From Octopus sinensis (Eukaryota): DNA of 64,000 nucleotides. Position numbers and translations under genes: made by a program. Numbering within the stretch: the stretch's first letter is position 1; each line of letters starts with the position of its first letter. The stretch lies in assembly GCF_006345805.1 (NCBI RefSeq), contig NC_043016.1:19530001-19594000 (forward strand). Direction: 5' to 3'. This document shows positions 60,840 to 64,000 of this stretch, one piece after another. The notes beneath the pieces were generated by a model that searched no databases, was not told the origin of the DNA, and saw only the letters and a program-made list of their open reading frames with translations.

Positions 60840-61020
60840 TATTTATATATGTACATATATAGGTTAGATGTATGTATGTCATCATCATCATCATCATCAT
60901 ATATATATATATATATATATATACATACATACATACATACATACATAAATATACCTACATATGTACATATATATATAGTATATATATATATATATTATAT
61001 ATATTATATACTATAAATAT

Positions 61021-61052
<32 letters not shown>

Positions 61053-62727
61053 ATATACATACATACATACATAAACCTAATCATATATATGTATAACTGG
61101 ACCCTTCCCCCACTTTTCTCCTAATCTTCATCTCTCTAACTGCAGATTTAACTTGATACAGTTAACATTTCTCACTATGTGGTAGCATTTCCACCCATCA
61201 ACCCTAATTTGTCCTTTATACCCACAGTTTACACTGGTACCCCCCCCCCCACTACCAGAACCACCAAATTATTTCATCTCTCCATCACCACAAGTTTCTA
61301 ACTCTCCCCATGCTCTATATCTACCCCTCTCTTCTACAATCTTGCAATTTTCTCAACCACTCATCATCTCTCTCTCTCTTTCTCTCACACCTTTCCCTTG
61401 TCTACAATGATTTGTCCACCCACCATCATTGGTGAACAAATTGGTTACCCCTAGCCCATCATTCATGACATCCACCTCTCAGCCCTATTCACTTTCTACA
61501 ATTGCTACCTATTCTTCCCTATCTCCCCAACTTACCATCCACCCAACAGGTGTTCTTCATTCATTATAATCATTGCCCACCCCCTTCCCTATTACTGACT
61601 CTCCCACACACCCTAGGAACTTCTAACCACCCATGCTCTAGGTTCTTTTGTTCCCCATACACTTCTACTCATCTCATACACTCAGGATCCACACAGATGC
61701 TTCATTAGCATTATTTTTATCTTTTCCCCACTCCCTACCTCCACTTCTAAAAAGTAAGCAGCCTTGTGGCCCCTCTACAGTTAGAAACATGTTCTGTTCT
61801 GAAACCTTCTCTCATACTTTAACCCCCTCAGCTCATAGCATAAAGGGTTTATAGTCTTGCAAGCTGCACAGCAACCTCAATAGACTTGGGGGATATTAAA
61901 TGATGATGACAAAGATGATGATGATAGAGTTGGTGGTGATGATAACAATGGTGGTGGTTGTGATGGTGGTGGTGGTGGTGGTGATGATGATGACGACAAC
62001 GATGACAATGATGATGTGTGTGCATGTATGGATTGTGTATTATTCCTTTATTCTTTTACTTGTTTCAGTCATTTGACTGTAGCCATGCTGGAGCACAAAC
62101 AAATCGACCTTAGGACTTATTCTTTGTAAGCCTAGTACTTATTCTATCAATCTCTTTTGCTAAACTGCTAAGTATGATAGGTTTCCTTCAGTTTCCATGT
62201 ACCAAATCCATTTGAGGCTTTGCTTAGCCCAGGCTACATCAGAAAGCATGTGCCCATGGTACCATGCAGAGGAACTGAATTGAAAATGGTTGGTGATTAG
62301 GAAGTGAATGTAAGGAATTATTTTTCTATGACAAAGAGATGGGAGAAAGAAAGGAAGAGAGTGAGAAAGAGAGAAAAGAAGAGGGAGTGAAAAAGAGAGG
62401 GGGAGAGAGGGAGAAGGGAAAGAAAGAATGCAGTAGAGAGAAAAGGAAAAGTGGGAGAAAGAGAGAAAAGGAGAAGAGGAAGAGTGGGAGAAAGAGAGAG
62501 GGAGAGAAGGGAGAGAGGGGGAGAGAAGTGGGAGAGAGAAGTGACAGGAAAAGAAATTAATCAAGGGAGAGAGGACAGAAGGGGGAGAGGGGAGAAAGAG
62601 GGGGAAAGAAAGAGAGAGAGGAGAAGGCAGAGATAGAGAGAGAGAGGGAGTCACCCACTCCTGTTAGTTATACAATAGATACTTATCAACAGCTGCCCAT
62701 ATATGAAATATATGAAAGAAATTGTAT

Positions 62728-63522
62728 ACAGTGCTCAGGTGCATTACAGATCTGACTGGTTTGGCTGCGAGTATTTCAAAAATTAAAAGTTTATAAAAAA
62801 TTTTTTAATTTGGCACATTAATATACTTTTCCAAGCTGAATTACTGGAGTTATTTCACTTTTTCCTAGAAAAATGTTTTTAAAAAGTTATAGAGGTTTAA
62901 AGTTTGATCATTTTCACCCAGTCAGGAAACAGGATTTGGAAGCTGTCCTTTTGTGCATGACTGCACGTGTTGTAAATATTCTGAAAATAGCACGTGTTTT
63001 TATGTGAACCTGTAAACAAATCAAATTCTGCTTAATATACAATATATAACCCCTCATAACTTTTTTAAAATCTGGAATTTTCAGAGAATTTTTGTGAATT
63101 TGTACTCTACACATGGGAATTTATATGATTATGCAAAAAAAAATTTTTTAATGGAGGAGGGGCATGATTTAAGGCCTATTTAGCTGTTATTTTTTGCACA
63201 TCTCATGACCAGGGTACAAGCAACAGAACACAGTGTCAACACACGTTGCATTGTGTAGAATAAATTTGTCAACACACTTGCTTTCTCGCTGGCATGTTTT
63301 GCTTGTTACTATGGAAACATGCATGAATGTCTCTGGCTTACGATAGGTTAAAATTCCCTAAAATTTTCAAACTTTAATTGCTAATAACTCTTTATTTATT
63401 GATTTATAGCAAAAATGATTTTTATGTCATTCATTAGCCTATAAAAGTGTATCATTACACTGAATATGAAATCAATTTGAACAGAAATTGATGCTGGTAG
63501 CCAACCCAACTAGATCCTGCAC
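62728..63522. mobile_element. probable non-autonomous DNA transposon
   Basis: Imperfect inverted ends (GATCTGACTGGTTTGGCT / AGCCAACCCAACTAGATC) and AT-rich subterminal motifs; no ORF. Confidence 0.35.
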
Positions 63523-63559
63523 TACAACTAAGACAAAAAAAAAAATCCATCAGATGTAC

Positions 63560-64000
63560 TGTTGGTAAATTTCAGGAAGCATGGAATGGAAGTTTTGAAG
63601 GATATAGGGTCTTGACAGATAGGTACTTTTGCAGGTAGTTTATTCCATGCTTCAGCAATTCTGTGAAAAAATGTTTCCAAAAGTCATAGGCACTGTGTTA
63701 ATTTTTGATTTTGTAAGCATGTCCATGGTTATTAAACATATGAAATTCAAAAAGGTGACCAAGGTTGTTGTTGGAAAGATGGTGGATAATCTTGTGGGTA
63801 TCTACCAAGTCAGTTGCCAGACATCTGAGCTTCAATATAAAATATACATATAGATATACATGTGTGTGTACACCCAAACACACAAGTATGCTAAGTGGTA
63901 AACTAACTGACTGATCTTCAGAACGGTTCATGGTAATCTCAAACATCAACTCTATGACAGAGAGTAAGGGGACACAGTATATATCCAAAGGTAAGGTTTT
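63560..64000 (-). mobile_element. CR1-like LINE 3' fragment
   Basis: LKLRCLATDLVDTHKII...HGHAYKI...KHFF..RIAEAWNKLP (L..RR..DL...KI...RGH..K...FF..R....WN.LP motif). Confidence 0.7.

Overview
Repeat-saturated, AT-rich eukaryotic DNA, most likely octopus (coleoid cephalopod). This is inferred from the HCDICGKSFS-type C2H2 finger remnant and the SINE/RTE/microsatellite landscape, not from a search. The only recognisable host gene is the 3' end of PIK3R4/VPS15: three + strand exons at 1078-7035 encoding WD40 repeats and ending ...DGVVKVWK*. The rest is transposon-derived or simple repeat. It includes a nearly full-length decayed Tx1/L1-clade LINE inside a (GATA/GACA)n microsatellite, many RTE-clade fragments (BovB-like RT, a PHD-finger-bearing family with a tandemly repeated 3' UTR), CR1 and R4/Dong-like relics, Tc1 and mariner relics, TTAA-flanked MITEs and at least three tRNA-derived SINE families. 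It also holds a U6 snRNA pseudogene, a decayed C2H2 zinc-finger array, Penelope-like foldbacks with hammerhead-ribozyme motifs, and a 100-N assembly gap. Best leads: (1) the commonest SINE has a 3' tail resembling the 3' end of the microsatellite-embedded Tx1 element; (2) a SINE-U6-SINE tandem arrangement; (3) several short local copy-paste duplications about 1.5-2.6 kb apart; (4) a splice-phase conflict in PIK3R4. No CRISPR or prokaryote-type system is supported. Repeat boundaries were placed by eye and are approximate.
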